Source: Felis catus (taxonomy: Eukaryota). From it: 64,000 nucleotides of DNA. The stretch is taken from assembly GCF_018350175.1 (NCBI RefSeq), contig NC_058373.1, positions 112,222,001 to 112,286,000 of the forward strand. Direction: 5' to 3'. The translations under genes were made by a program, and so were the position numbers. This document shows, one piece after another, positions 13,745 to 27,249 of this stretch. Every line of letters starts with the position of its first letter. Within the stretch, counting starts at the first letter, position 1. Below the pieces are notes generated by a model that was not told the origin of the DNA, made no database searches, and saw only the letters and a list, made by a program, of their open reading frames with translations.

Positions 13745-14160
13745 CCATTATCTATTGCTGTATAATAAACTTGTATAACAAAATACTCTAAAATTTTGTG
13801 GCTTAAAACAAAAACAACTTATTTAGCTCACAATTGCGTAGGTAACAATTTGTCTGGGCTTCTCTGGCATTCAGTTCTTTGTTGGCTCTGATGATGGGGA
13901 TAAGTGGACCACATGTCCCTTTTCCTCCCACATGGTAGCCTGGGTTTATTCACACAATTGTTCAGGATTCTAAGAGCAGCAACACTGCAAGTTTCATTAC
14001 TCAAGCACTTTCCAAGTCTCTCCCTTAGTCACATTTTCTATTTTTCCATTTACCAATATAAGCCATATGGCCTAGCCCAGAGTCAGTGTAGGAGGGCATC
14101 ATCAGTGGAATGGATACAGACAAGGGACAAAATTATGGCCATTTTTTGCAATCTATCATA
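13745..14160 (-). mobile_element. MLT1-family MaLR solo LTR, inserted in a MIR (13540-13740)
   Basis: tctattgctgtataataaac..aaattttgtggcttaaaacaa..gctcacaatt; ends ttttgcaatctatcata. Confidence 0.7.
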
Positions 14161-15336
14161 GGCACTGAGCAACACTGTGACTGTTTAGTACTTGCACACT
14201 ATTTTTTTCTTTATTTTATTGTAATACAAACTCAACGGGCATATAGTAGTTATTACTTATAAATGATAGACAGTAATAAGAACCAGGTAGCTGAGGTGTT
14301 AACTATTAACTCTATCTCATCAGTATACTATTACAGCTAAAATAATGTGCTTGTCTTGGCTCAGCTGATCTTTTCACTCTGCTTCTGTGCAATCATTACA
14401 ACTTCAGGGGACATCTCTTGTCTCCAATCCCACAATTACGTTCTGCTGCAAAATTCCTTCTCTCTGCACTCTTCAGTGAGAACAGTTGTATAAATCACCC
14501 AGAATGTTGGCAAGAAAAGAGCAACTTCTGGGCTGAGTGCTTTTTGAAAAAAGTCTTCCCTGCTACCCAGAAGTCATTTACATAGGTTAATTCCTGGAGT
14601 TTAAAATCCACAGTACCCCTTTGCTGTAGCAACTGTGAAACTGTCTTTTTTACAGCATCACAGAGGGGTTACTGGTTAAGCATTTTATGCACACATATGT
14701 GGGCACTCGACAACAGAAATACTATTTATTGTTCCTGTGCACTTAAGATTGAAGAACTCTCTCTCTCTCTCTGGATATGTTGCTCTCCTGACACCAAATG
14801 CCACAATTACTGTCCCAATGAAGTATTACCTGAATTGTCCTGTATCAAGCACTCATCTGCAATTCGTTGCTCAATCATTCTCTGGTCCTACACTCCTAAG
14901 CTTGATTCAATCATAGATAGTATGTGCATATCCCACAAGTCCTCATTGAACCTCAGTAACCTACAGGTCATCCACTTCTCTGTGGCAGGATGACTCATTG
15001 AGATATTAATGTTACCTTGTTCTAGCTGCAGTAGGAGAATACATAGAATAAAAGGGAAAGTTTCCTTATCCTACCTCCCTTCCAAGAATAATCATGTCTC
15101 TGTGATCAGCCTCCTTTGCCCTGTGGGAATTATTTTAGTAGATTTTTGTGCTTCAGAAGAGACCCTGAAAGTAACTCTCCACTCACTCCCCCAACCTCAT
15201 ACCCAGATCTGTGTTTAGGAGGAAGCTAGTGCTTGGAAAACAGGGATTAATGGCCCGAACTCTGGTGAAAGAGAAAGATACCTGTAGAGCAGAAATTTGG
15301 GGAAGAGGAAGGGAGACATTTTTTGTTTCAGGTATA

Positions 15337-15538
15337 ATGTTTATTTATTTTTGAGACAGAGAGAGACAGAGCATGAATGGGGGAGGGGCAGAGAGAGACG
15401 GAGACACAGAATCGGAAGCAGGCTCCAGGCTCTGAGCCATCAGCCCAGAGCCGGACACGGGGCTCAAACTCACGGACTGCGAGATTGTGACCTGAGCTGA
15501 AGTCGGACCCTCAACCAACTGAGCCACCCAGGTGCCCC
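15337..15538 (-). mobile_element. SINEC_Fc-type Can-SINE without an A-tail
   Basis: 13-bp TSD tgtttcaggtata (15324-15336, 15539-15551). Confidence 0.93.
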
Positions 15539-17000
15539 TGTTTCAGGTATAGATAGAAGACTTAGACATCACTCCCATGCAGTGGCCCACAAGTTGTCAA
15601 CATGGATGGCCCATGATGTGACAACACATGGATACCAGGTACCATGGCCTTTGGAACCATGACCAAGTTTGCTGCAAGAGAGTGTTCATATTTATATGGA
15701 CCAAAGTGGCTTGGAGAATGAACATCTTAGCAGCAACTATGAGAGAATAAAGACTGGGGCCCTCTGTCCAAGTTTCCTATATTGTGTAAGTCCTGATAGG
15801 GAAACAGACCTGTCGCCTCTCCCCTGACCCATGTGCCTGCAGTCAGGTTTCCTGCTAGCTCTGGTATGACCAAGCCAGAACAAAAAGCAGGTGTCACCTT
15901 TTTCACACCCTAGTCCAGGTGCAAAATTACACTGATTTACTTGTAAAAGTAAAATCTTTATCAACAAGTTCCTAGGAGCTAATCTTCTAAGCTAATTTCC
16001 ATCCTTGCATTTTTTTTGGATTTCAAGCTAGTCACCAGAAATACCAGGGATAATAAGATACAGGAGTTGGTAGGAGTCTCATGTGTCAGTGCTAAAATCC
16101 CTTCTGGATCTGGTGCACGATAACTAGCTGACTGGCACCAGTAAGTCTGTTAGCAGGTGTGAGATAAAGAGGATTCAAATCCTACCATGGCCCAAAAAGC
16201 AATTACACAGAAATGTTGCTGCAGGACTTAACATTAAAAACTCTCCATCCCTTCTAGTTGGCTCTATCCACTAGTCCAAAGGCAATTTCCTCCCAAACTT
16301 TCAGCATTATAGATTCCCTCTTTCCCCTTGAACCTGAAAATCCAGCTGTGTTCTCTCGCCTCTGACATCAGCATTACTGGCTTTGATACAGCCAACCATC
16401 TGGTTGATGAGGCATGAGGCAGAATGGAATCCAGCTCACTATTCCCTGCTGTTTCCACATGAACACTACAAACTCACTGGCGTCAACATGGATGGTGAGC
16501 TATGACTCAGACTCACAAGGGATTATCATATTAAATACTATGGGCCATAATTTCTGACAACCATCATTGACATTTGCAGGTTGAGATTGAGGTGGCTGTT
16601 TTTGTGGATATCACAGAATTTTGAGGGGATATTTTTAAGTCAGGTGGTCTCTCCCAAGAACTTTATGAGATGATGTGAAATCTTCAGTATAGGCAGTAGC
16701 ATAGACATTTAGAGTATTGAGAAAGGGAGTTAACATTTTTAGCTATTTCGTTGTTTCAAGTATGTAATGTATCTGTTCATTTACTGTTTGAATTCATACT
16801 TCTAAAGCTGCTCTTTATTTTTTTTCCTACTTCATTTCAACACATTATCTGTAAGTAGAAAAGTTCTACCCATCAGTGTTAACCATTTTCTTCACCTCCC
16901 ACCCACAAAACCTCACTCCCTCAGCTTTCCTGTCATTTCTAAATTGGAGAATTTTAAAGGGGAAAAGAAACACAACAACAATCACAAAAGGAGAAGTAGG

Positions 17001-17435
17001 AGGAGTGCCTGACTGGCTCAGTTGGTTCAGTGTCCGACTCGCTTTTGGCTCAGGTCCCTATCTCACAATTTGTGAGTTCGAGTCCCACGTCGAGCTCCGC
17101 ACTGCAGGTGTGAAGCCTGCTTGGGATTCTCTCTCTCTCTCCCTGATTCTGCCCCTCCCCCTGCTCTCACTCTCTCTCAAAATAAATGAATAAAATTAAA
17201 AAAAAAAAAAAAGGAATGAGGACCCTGGGTGGCTCAGTCGGTTGAGCTTCCAACTTCGGCTCGGGTCATGATCTCATGGTTCAGTTCATGAGTTTCAGCC
17301 CCATATCAGGCTTGCTGCTATCAGCACAGAGCCTGCTTTGGATCCTCTGTCTCCCTCTCTCTCTGCCTCTCCTCTGCTGGCGTTCTCTCTCTCAAAAAGA
17401 AATAAAACATTTTTTTAAGTAAAAATAAAATTAAA
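17001..17435 (+). mobile_element. Two head-to-tail Can-SINEs (17001-17212, 17218-17435)
   Basis: Two tRNA heads, each with a CT block and AATAAA/A-tail. Confidence 0.9.
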
Positions 17436-18904
17436 GAAGGAATAAGAGTAATAAGAGGCAGTATGATGGTAGGAACAGATTTTGTAATCAGAGACTTGAA
17501 TGTAGTCATCATCCTGCTATTTAATAAATGAGTGATCTTGTGCAACAGCATTTGAACTCTCTGCACCTCAATTTCTAATCTGTAAATTAGGAAAATATTA
17601 CTAAATAAGGTAGGGTGTGGTCTGTGTAAACTAGCGGGCCTTTATAGATACTATTTATTAAAGGAAAAGTGAGAAAAAGATTTTGAACTTCATATTAGAC
17701 CAAAAGTAGAACCACTAAAATGAAAGCTGCTAAGGAAAACTAGTTTCTCCTTCTCATTTTCCCCTTGAGCACTGAAATAGGGACTATCCTTGTTTGGTTT
17801 AGTGCTTTCATTATGGAGATGAATTCTCGGAATAGATTTTCCCTGGCAGAATGAGAATCTCCCTCCTCTCTCTCTCTCACTCTCCTCCCCCCCCCCCTCA
17901 GGGAATAGAAATTTAGGATTTAGAAAGGAATACCAAGCCTTCCACTTATATATCTGCCTGTGTCCTCTGGACTGTCCAGTCACCCTTCTCCAGCTCTCCT
18001 TTTAAACTGAAATGTAAAAAGCAAAATGCCATCTACAGCCTTGCTCAATGTGACTGTGCAAACCTATTCCATTCTTATTTTGTATTCAGGACACACACGC
18101 TCCTCCTCCTGTAGTATTTGCTGATATACTTTGCACTCCAGCTGCTGCAATATTTAAATCAGTGATTCAGTACACAGACCACACGATGTGCCACTACACT
18201 CCAACAAGCAAGGTCTGTCTCTCCATGGGGACAGAGGATCTAAGCATCTGTCATTCCCCTCCTGTCGCTTATAATTAACCACACACCCCTTTACACACAT
18301 AAATATTTATGTGCAAAAATAAAACTCCCTGGTGCTTTAAACCAATCTTTCTTCTCCTTGGTGAGCTTCAGAAGTTGCCAAAATGAATTTTTTACTTAAT
18401 TCAGGACTCTATAAGAAACTCTTTGGTGTGAAGAACTTACAACACATAATTATATTCCCAGAAAATAATTTTAAAACCTCAGGGTTAGAAGTAGATACAT
18501 GTGTCCTTCTAGAATGTAAGCTCCATGAGGGAGCAATCTTTGTTCATTTCACAGATATGTCTCAAGTGTTTAGAACAGTCGCTGTTACATAGTGTGAGCT
18601 TGAGGAATATTTTTTGAATGTTGAATAAATGAATGCACACTGACCCCAACTATTAAACATGATTCTGTTGTTTAATATGAAGAGTTTAGATATAGAACTT
18701 CTGGGCAAACATAGTGGAACCCGAAAATACTATGATACTAAGGGAGAATAAACCAGCATGAGAAATAATCATGAGATGTAAAAGTTCAACAAGTAATTCA
18801 TTCACTTAACAAATGATCATTAATGATTGTCAAGCATCATCACCTTCAAGTCCTTAAAGTGATGATAAAAAATAGTTATCCTTAACTTCAAGGAACTCGG
18901 CTTG

Positions 18905-19080
18905 TGTGTGATTCTCAAAAGATGGTCCATGGATCTCTTATCAGTATCTGTTAAAATTGCAGAATCTCCGGTCACAACCCAAACTTACTGAATCAGAATC
19001 ACCAAGGACAATCTGAGAAATCTGTATTTTCACCTTGCTAGCCAGGTACTTATGAACACTAATGTTTGAGAAGCTGGTCT
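18905..19080. mobile_element. MER5-like hAT-Charlie element
   Basis: gtgattctcaaa...actgaatcagaatc...aatctgtatttt...gtttgagaa. Confidence 0.7.
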
Positions 19081-20925
19081 ACTGGAATTCATGTTATTTG
19101 GCCGTTTCTTGGCAGATAGTTGGTCTCTGCTACCATTCAAGTAATGCTTACATTGTCACAGCCAAACATCTCTTATTGAACTGATAGAATAGTAATATTA
19201 AAATAAATGATGATTTTTGACTAGTTTTTGAGCATCCTGTTGATTCAAGTCTACAAAACAGTCCTCTTTTAAACTAATCCTTACAGGGACTAGTGATTTG
19301 AGATGAATTTAAAAGATTGATATTTAGTACATGTAGACTTTCAGAAAAAGCCTAACCAAATTCCTTGCATGTCCATAAGTTCCTAAACTTCTTCAAATAG
19401 TATTTGAAACTTGCCTCAGGCCTCATCAATTTCAAATATCCCAGCACCTCCATTAACCTGTCCTGCTCAGCACTAACTCCAGCACTAACACCTGCACACT
19501 TCCTTGAAAAGAATAATTAGGTCCTTAGTGCCCAAGGTGTAGTCAGAATCAACTACCATCTGGCTCAGGATGGTACGGCCTTAACATTCTGAATGTTTAG
19601 CTTTAATTATGTGTTTGTGCAATTTAATGCATCTTTCTGTGGACTACTGACATAGCTCATTTTTCAACAACTTTGCTGACACCCTATGGATTGTAAAATT
19701 CATTGCTTGGTTCTTCTTTCCCATCAGAATATCTCCTCTGACCTGAATTCCACAAGAAGAGCCTTTCCCATCTTTTATTTTGCTAGTGTCTTACATGCTT
19801 CTACTCTTTTAACTCTGTGATTTCAACCAGCTTGTGAACCTTGTCCTGTATGGATCCTGCTGCCTCTACTAACCCTTCTCTCTGTTTGAACATTCTTGCC
19901 AACTCTTCTTTAATTCTTCACCAATTCTTTTTGAAATGATTTGTAAAAGTTTAATATTTAACTATTTTCCTTGTTCTATGCCTCAGAGCTGTGTTTGCCA
20001 TTTCACTAAGCAGAGAGTACAAACTGAGAGTTTGATCACATACTAATGTTATTATTCACACATTTTTTTATGCTCTTTTTCTCTGTGGAAAAGGTATATT
20101 AAATTCAATGCAGGCCAGAAAAAAAGTGAAAATGCTTTGGGAATTGCAAACATTGGTCACTGAGCTAGCTGCAAACACCTCCTTAACATTTTGGGGAAAA
20201 ATAACAGATTAAGAGTGATTTGAGATAACACCATTTAATGTCTTAACATTAAACTGCATATTTACTGTTAATCAAAACAATTTTTTCAACTCAAAGTGAT
20301 GGTACTTAGTGTTCTGTTAATTATGCAAGGAGCTAATCAATTTGTCCCTTAAATGGATGTTCAACTGATTAAGAGAAGCTAATCATCAGTTATGAAATCC
20401 ATACGGCACAGATGAGTCAGGGATAAAATGCTTTTTGCTAACTTGGGGCCAATAATTCTGTCTCCTTAAATTACCTCTTATTTCAGTTGGAAGAGGTTAT
20501 TTTCTTTCTTTAAATGTGTAAGAGTTATACTCTTATCTGTAGATTGAAAATTAAAGCCTAGGTTAGCCTATAGTTTAGGAGTCAAACCAAGGACCATGCC
20601 ATATAGTAGTTCAGTTTCTTATGTAATCCCTAAAGGTCAACAATTAGGCAAAGGAGTTGTAATTTAATGTTAAGAATTGCTATGAATAAAATAAGGTTAT
20701 TTATAAATTTAACTCCTTTCAATGCCATAAAGAGGACTTAGGTATGTTGTTTGGTACCCTAAAAAGATCATTTTATCTGATAATATTCATCCATTCAACA
20801 AATAGTTATTGAGCATATATTAAATGTCTGGTAAAATGCTAGACACCAAAAAAATGTAAGTAAGGTCATATAAGACACAGTTACTGACTTTAAAAGGCCA
20901 AAAAGAAACAAAAAGCAATCACCAT

Positions 20926-21100
20926 AGATCTTAAAAGTTCTTCTCACAAGAAAAAAATTATAACTATGTATCATGATGGATACCAACTAGACTTACTGAG
21001 GTAATCATTTTGCTATATATATAAATATCAGATCATTATGTTTTACACTTGAAACAAATATAATGGTATATGTCAGTTGTACCTCAATAAAATAAAAAAT
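20926..21100 (+). mobile_element. L1 3'-end fragment (L1MA9/carnivore-like)
   Basis: gatcttaaaagttc..tcacaagaaaaaaatt..acacttgaaac..tatatgtcagttgtacctcaataaa. Confidence 0.8.
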
Positions 21101-23952
21101 TTTAAACTATCATGATAGATAATAAGATACATTTTTACTAGTCAGAGTCACTCAAAATTAAACAAGTTAAAAAGATAGAGAAGCAGAGTCATATAGCAAC
21201 ATGCTATAGTTTATGCATCAGAGATTGGACAAAAGTTACCAATGTCAGAAAAAAATGACTCAATGACTCTAAATTCAGTGGACTGGCAATGAGGATGACT
21301 GCCCTCTAATTCTTAGCTTGTAGCTATCACTAATGTCCTGTTTGACTTTGGGAGTACTTAAATTTTCTCTGTATTTAAAATTTCTCATCTGCAAAAGAGC
21401 AGTAATAGAGGTAATGTAGTAGTAGAGGTCAATTTCCGATCATTTGGAGGAAAACCAAGACATCCTCAAGGCCTTCTGTACTTGGAATCCAAACGCAAAG
21501 TGCATTAGTCAATCAATCATTCAGTCAGTAAGTATCTATTGATTATCTACTGAGTGCTCTCCAGGGTGCCAGGCCCTATGGGGGACACACAGAAAAGGGA
21601 ATAAAATTATCATTTTCTTTATTAACTGTCAACAATGTTGGGTAGAAAACAATTAATATGCAATAATAATGAGGAAGGAAATGAATTAATTAATACTTAT
21701 TGGATGGCTACTATATGCCAGACACTGTTAGGCTTTTTAGACTGTAAGGCTTTTTTTGCATGTTATGTTATTTGAAAAGTGAGCAAGTGCATATAATCAA
21801 AAGCTAGACTATAGTCTTTTAAGAGCTATAGAGTGTTGGATTATAGAGATATCAATGAAGCTACATTTAGGGATGTCTGCACTGAAGTTAGAGAATGTGA
21901 ACTGAGCCAAAGTTGAACTGTTTTGGAGCAGATGAAGTTGAATATAGAGCAACACATTCTAGAGGGAAAAGATCAAGCCCAAAAGAGGCAAGGGACAGAG
22001 CAAGCTGATCATGGTGCATTTATGGGCATATGCTTTCACTAAAACAGAGGTCTTACAGACGGACAATGGGAAGGTAGAGCTGGGCTTTGAAGTCCTCATT
22101 TAAAATTTACAGGAATGTCAATTTGGAAGAAAGCGTGTAGGAAAAAAGAAAATATTTGAAATAGGAAGAGGGTGAAATTTCTAGAGTAGGGAACTCGTGA
22201 TAAAAGAGGTTGAAGAGAGATGGGTCTGAGTATAGTATATTGATTAGGTTTTAGGGTGCAGCAACTGGACCATTAGATCAGTTCCTTCTGACCCCATAAT
22301 TCTGATTTCTGCAACAGCCAGATCACAGATTTTTCTCTTATCATTTGTAGAATAACATATCCCTTAGAGATTTTAGATCTGCCATTTGATTTCCTGAACC
22401 TGCAGTGACAGATGGCTTATGCAATATAAAGTGCTAATCCTACTTTGTCCAATTTGAGATTTGTCATGCAGAGATTTTCTCGAAAAGAGAACAGTTGTTT
22501 ATTTGCCCAACCTTTATTTCTCCATTGTCTTCCATCTACCTTTTGGTTCAGGGTTGAGTTGAAACAAAGTCAGCAAAATAATGCCATTAATCCTTTTCCT
22601 TCCTTCAATTTCTGGGAACAGTGAGTGCCTGGCAAAGGTGAAATAGGGCCATGAGTCTTGCAGGGTCTTCAAAGCTTTTCCTAGGGTAAGAAGTTTGAGA
22701 CCAAAGACAGAAAGAATCAAAATGAGAGCTGCTATTGCAACTTCCTTCTCTGCACAACTGTTGGAGAGAGATGGAAAAAGGGAGAAGGAGTCAATGGAAA
22801 AAAGAAAAGTGGAGACAAAGTGGGTGCTATGAGGTCATGATCTCAACTCAGAAGGAAACCTATTTTCAAATCTAGCAGAGGAGCCATGGGACCAGTTCAA
22901 GACACACACTTGGTTCTGCCATTGCCTACAGCATCTAAGTAGATCCCTGGCTAGCACCCCTGGCAAAAGCTTTTGCCTTCTGTCCTTCTTCCTCCGTCCC
23001 CCTTCTCTCTATTTTTCCATCCCACAACCCTATTCCTCCACCAGAAACCTGTCCTTTTTTATCCAGACCCACTGCAACTGTTCAAAGGCAAAAAGATGGG
23101 AGTTCTTGTGGCTCCACACAGGAAGGGCTAACATATCATTTTTACAGAGAGTACATTTTTTCAAGTTACATTTCAGGCCTGCATATGTATTATGTGTGGA
23201 TGTATATATGTCTGTCTGTCTGTCTACCTATCTATATCAGCTATCTAAATATATATTAACCAGATATGTTTCTATAAGCAGGGCCATGGGGGTCTTGATT
23301 TCCAGGCCTATCTGGAACCTCACAAATTTCCCTTACTGCCATATTTTGCCCCTTCCTTTTTATCCCTATCCCTTTCACCTTGACTTTGCTCTCCTCACTA
23401 TCTTCTCCTCTTTTTGTGTGGCAGAAAAACACACAAAGCAAGGAAAAATATGGGGACTTCCCTGAAGAAATATTGTCTCTAATAGAGGAGATGTTCTAGA
23501 AGGTGGAGTGTGCAGGGCAAACCCCCAAAAAGCACACACTTTTTTCTTCATTAGTTTTGTCCATGGCCTAAAGACTTCCTTCTTCCTACATTGGGATGTG
23601 AAATTGGGTCACTTTAAAGAGGGCACTACTCATCAAGGTTCAAGGTATCAATGTGCTGCAGCCCTCATGCTCCTTTCTTGCCTCTCATCAGAGCCGCAGT
23701 AGGGATGAGGTAACCTCACCTCTACCAGAAGAGCTAATCACTCTCAGGCCTAAGCTTGGGCCACTGAACACAAGACAGAAATGCTGAGATGCCCCTCTGT
23801 GCTGGAGAGTTAGAGGAAAAGATCGTCTAGTCTAGAATCTGGATGGAACTTTCTGAATCCGTTCAAGATTCTGTTTTTTTGAATTCTGATATCAGGCATA
23901 CACCATCATTTCTACTTGTTCTCCTCCTTCCCTCTCTCTGCACTCTCCCTTA

Positions 23953-24005
<53 letters not shown>
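23953..24005 (+). repeat. (CA)n microsatellite
   Basis: Direct reading. Confidence 0.97.
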
Positions 24006-24008
<3 letters not shown>

Positions 24009-25354
24009 CTTTATTCTGTTTTGCAGCAAAGAAGTCCTATCTAGTTCCCTGTATTTTCCTTTATTTCAATTGCATGTAAAAACATTAGCAATGATTCTAA
24101 AGCCATAAAGTTTATGATTTGGAAATAGTATATTCCAATTAGGTAACAGTGCACAGAGCATCTGTACACTGTTTCAGACAAAGTTATGAATCCTCCATTT
24201 CCACAGTGCCCTAACCCCACTCTGTGGTCAATTTCATAATAGGAAATGGCTGTTTTAATAAATATTATTCAAGTTCATCAAGTTCACCCATTCTGAACTG
24301 GTCTCCAGATTGCTTGTCCGTCCCTAGCTTTTCAATCATGAGTGCCCTGAAGTAATAATTCTCCATTAGCTAATCAATGAGCTTCCTTGTAGGAGCTTTG
24401 ACATATATCTGAGTATTAAATAGAGGAATGGGATGGAGTAGACACCAACATTGATTTTTTTTATATGCTAAGCACTGTAGCAGACACTCACAAATTTAAA
24501 TCTTAACCTGGTTGTGATAAGCTGAAAACAGAACAGGACACTTATAGCCAAGGATTTAATAGTTTAAAAATATACTGGTTCTATTTGTCCTACAAGTCTG
24601 ACAAAGATATATATCCATGCTTTTTCTTCTAATGCAGTAATATAGTATCTTACCTGTTATATTAAATAATCTCATTCTTTTTAGCCTATTTAAAATTCAT
24701 TTTTAAAATTAAAAAACTTTTTGATCCCTCTTGCTCAGAATGTTTCAGACACATGCTGCTACATCAGACACATTGTACACCCACATTAATCAAAGCATAG
24801 AGAAATGATTACTAAAGATGTGAGATTGATAACACTGTCTCTTTAGACATCCAGAGCAAATACCATACCACACAGAAGATAATATTAAACCCACACCCCA
24901 TCTGTCCTCCCTCAACCTCTCAACAGACCCCTCCTAGAAGTTCTTATTTGTAAGCCAAATAAGCCACCACTCAAGATGAGAGAATTTTTTAAAATCTTGT
25001 TTACAAGCAGATCTACTTTTGAGTGTTTTGAGTAAACAAACCAAACAAGCAAAAAGAATAATCAACGGCAGATATGTTTGTAGAAACTGCCCAGTGGAAA
25101 AGCAAGGAGAATAGAAGTCATCCTTCCCTTGAAAGCCATATTGGTCTCCACCAGCAGTGATGTTGCCATTCACTTTTATGAAGCTCATTCATATCAAGGC
25201 TCAGCAGTGTTTTTGTTTTTTTTTTCTTTAATTTTCTTGAAAGCTCATTACTTATTCATTCAAGAAATATTTATTTATTATCTAGTATGTCCCATACAAA
25301 TTCAAAGTAATGGGGATATAAGATTCCTCTTCTCTTGGAGCTTATGTTCTAGGG

Positions 25355-25800
25355 CAGTACTATATGATACAACTTTCTGCAGTGATGAAGATGTTCTAAA
25401 TCTATGCTGTCCAATATGGTAGCCACTAGCTACATGTGATTATTGAGAACTTGAAATGTGGCTATCATCATTTAGAAACAATATTTAAACCTCGTTTTAA
25501 AATATTTTTAGTGTTTTTATTTATTTTTGAGAGTAAGACAGAGCATGACCAAGGGAGGGGCAGAGAGAGAGAGGAAGACACAGAATCTGAAGCAAGCTCC
25601 AAGCTCTGAGTTGTCAGCACAGAGGCCGAAGTGAAGCTCAAACTCATGAACCGTGAGATCATGACCTGAGCTGAAGTCAGACGCTCAACAGACTGAGCCA
25701 CCCAGATGTCCCAAAAATAATATTTTAAAATTTATTTAATTTTAGTTTAAATTTATATTTAAATAGTCACATGTGGCTAGTGTTTACTATATTAGTACAG
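25355..25800 (+). mobile_element. MER3 hAT element, split by a SINE
   Basis: gctgtccaatatggtagccactagctacatgtg..ttgaaatgtggcta; tttaaatagtcacatgtggctagtg. Confidence 0.8.
25505..25712 (-). mobile_element. SINEC_Fc-type Can-SINE
   Basis: Antisense full-length element. Confidence 0.92.
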
Positions 25801-25973
25801 GTTAGTGAATTCAGGTGGGAGGTGTGTGAGTGTGTGTGTATTGAGAGGGCAGTGACACACATGAATACATACACGAATAACAAAGCAGACAATTAAAATC
25901 TGACAATTAACATAGAGTGATGCGATATGGAGAGTTTGAGAGGCTACTTTAGAAATGATGGTTGAGGGAGGAG

Positions 25974-25985
25974 CCAAGATGGCGG
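25974..25985 (+). promoter_or_regulatory. YY1-type motif at the L1 5' end
   Basis: CCAAGATGGCGG about 10 bp into the element, the usual position of the L1 internal-promoter YY1 site. Confidence 0.7.
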
Positions 25986-27249
25986 AACAGCATGGAAGCT
26001 TTTTGTGTGTCTCGCGTCCATGAAATACAGCCAGACCAACACTGAACCATCCTACACACCTAGAAAACCGATTGGAAGATTAACACAACAATCTGCACAA
26101 CCTGAACCACAGAATTCAGCAGGTACGTGACACGAAGAGCTGAACTTGGGGAGCAAGAAGCCCCAAAAGGTAGGGAACATCTTTTGTGGGCAGAGAGAAG
26201 ACGGAGACTGGGGAGGGGGGAAAGCATATGGGAAAAAGCACCCCTCCCCAAAAGCAGCTGGAGAGAAAGTGGAAAATTGGAAACAGCCGCAGGGGCTAAA
26301 CTAAAAAGAAAGGAGAAAGGAGAGGGTTTAAATTCCATTAAGACTGTAAACAAGGGGAGCGCAAAGGCTGCAACTCTGCGGCTCAATACCTGGAGGTGCT
26401 CTGGTGGGAAGGGTGAATCCCCAGGAACAGAATGGGGGCCGCGAGGTCCTCGGGCCACACGGGGAAAAGCGGTTCCACTGCTGGAAGGACATTTGGTAGA
26501 GACTGTTGAAGCCACCTGGTCCCAGCAGACCACAGAAGGCAGCCACATTCGCTGGTGCTGGGGCAAGGTTGTTGAGGGTAAAGCCTGGTGCCAGATGTGT
26601 GTTGTGATTTTCCATAAACCCTGAAAAGCTGCTACTCCACTATCTCGCGGACTTTTTGCGGGGCGGGTGGCACCTGGCTACAGTCTCGGGTCACCGGCAA
26701 TAGCAGGGTCCAGTGGGCGTTCCTGGGTGCAGCTGACATTCGGCCATTGCTCATTCGGCCATTGTTTGGTGAGACCATTCCGCAGAGGGGCGGAGCAGGT
26801 CAAAGCCGCAGTCCTTCAGAAGTAAGGGGCCGGGGAAGACAACCGCATTTGAGACAAAACTCGGGAGAGAGGTACTGCCTGGGGCCTGGTCACGGAGAGT
26901 AGAAAAGCGAGGAGTGGACGAGAACTGAAGACGGAGGATCGGTGCGCAATTGCTGATCCAGGAGAACAGACTGGGTGGCTGGGTGGTGCCATATTTCACC
27001 ACTCCCGCGCATGCTCATGCGCACCGACGAGCACCGCAAGAATCCACCCCAATAGGCTAGCAGCGCCATCTAGGGGAGAACAGAGCTGTTACAGCGAGCC
27101 CTGCCCAACTGGGCCAACTTCGCTCTTCAAGATCACAAACCTCACCGCCAGCTTAATTTGTGGACTATAAAGAGCTACATGGACTGACCTCTAGGGGAAA
27201 ATGAAGCAATTTCAGTCCTACTTCAATCTGTTAGTAGGTTCATCTATTC

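Noticed and set aside
26060..26624. Overlapping 165-168 aa ORFs on both strands of the L1 5' UTR (possible ORF0 analogue)
   Set aside because: GC-rich sequence with few stops, non-ATG starts and no recognisable domain; conservation cannot be shown from one copy
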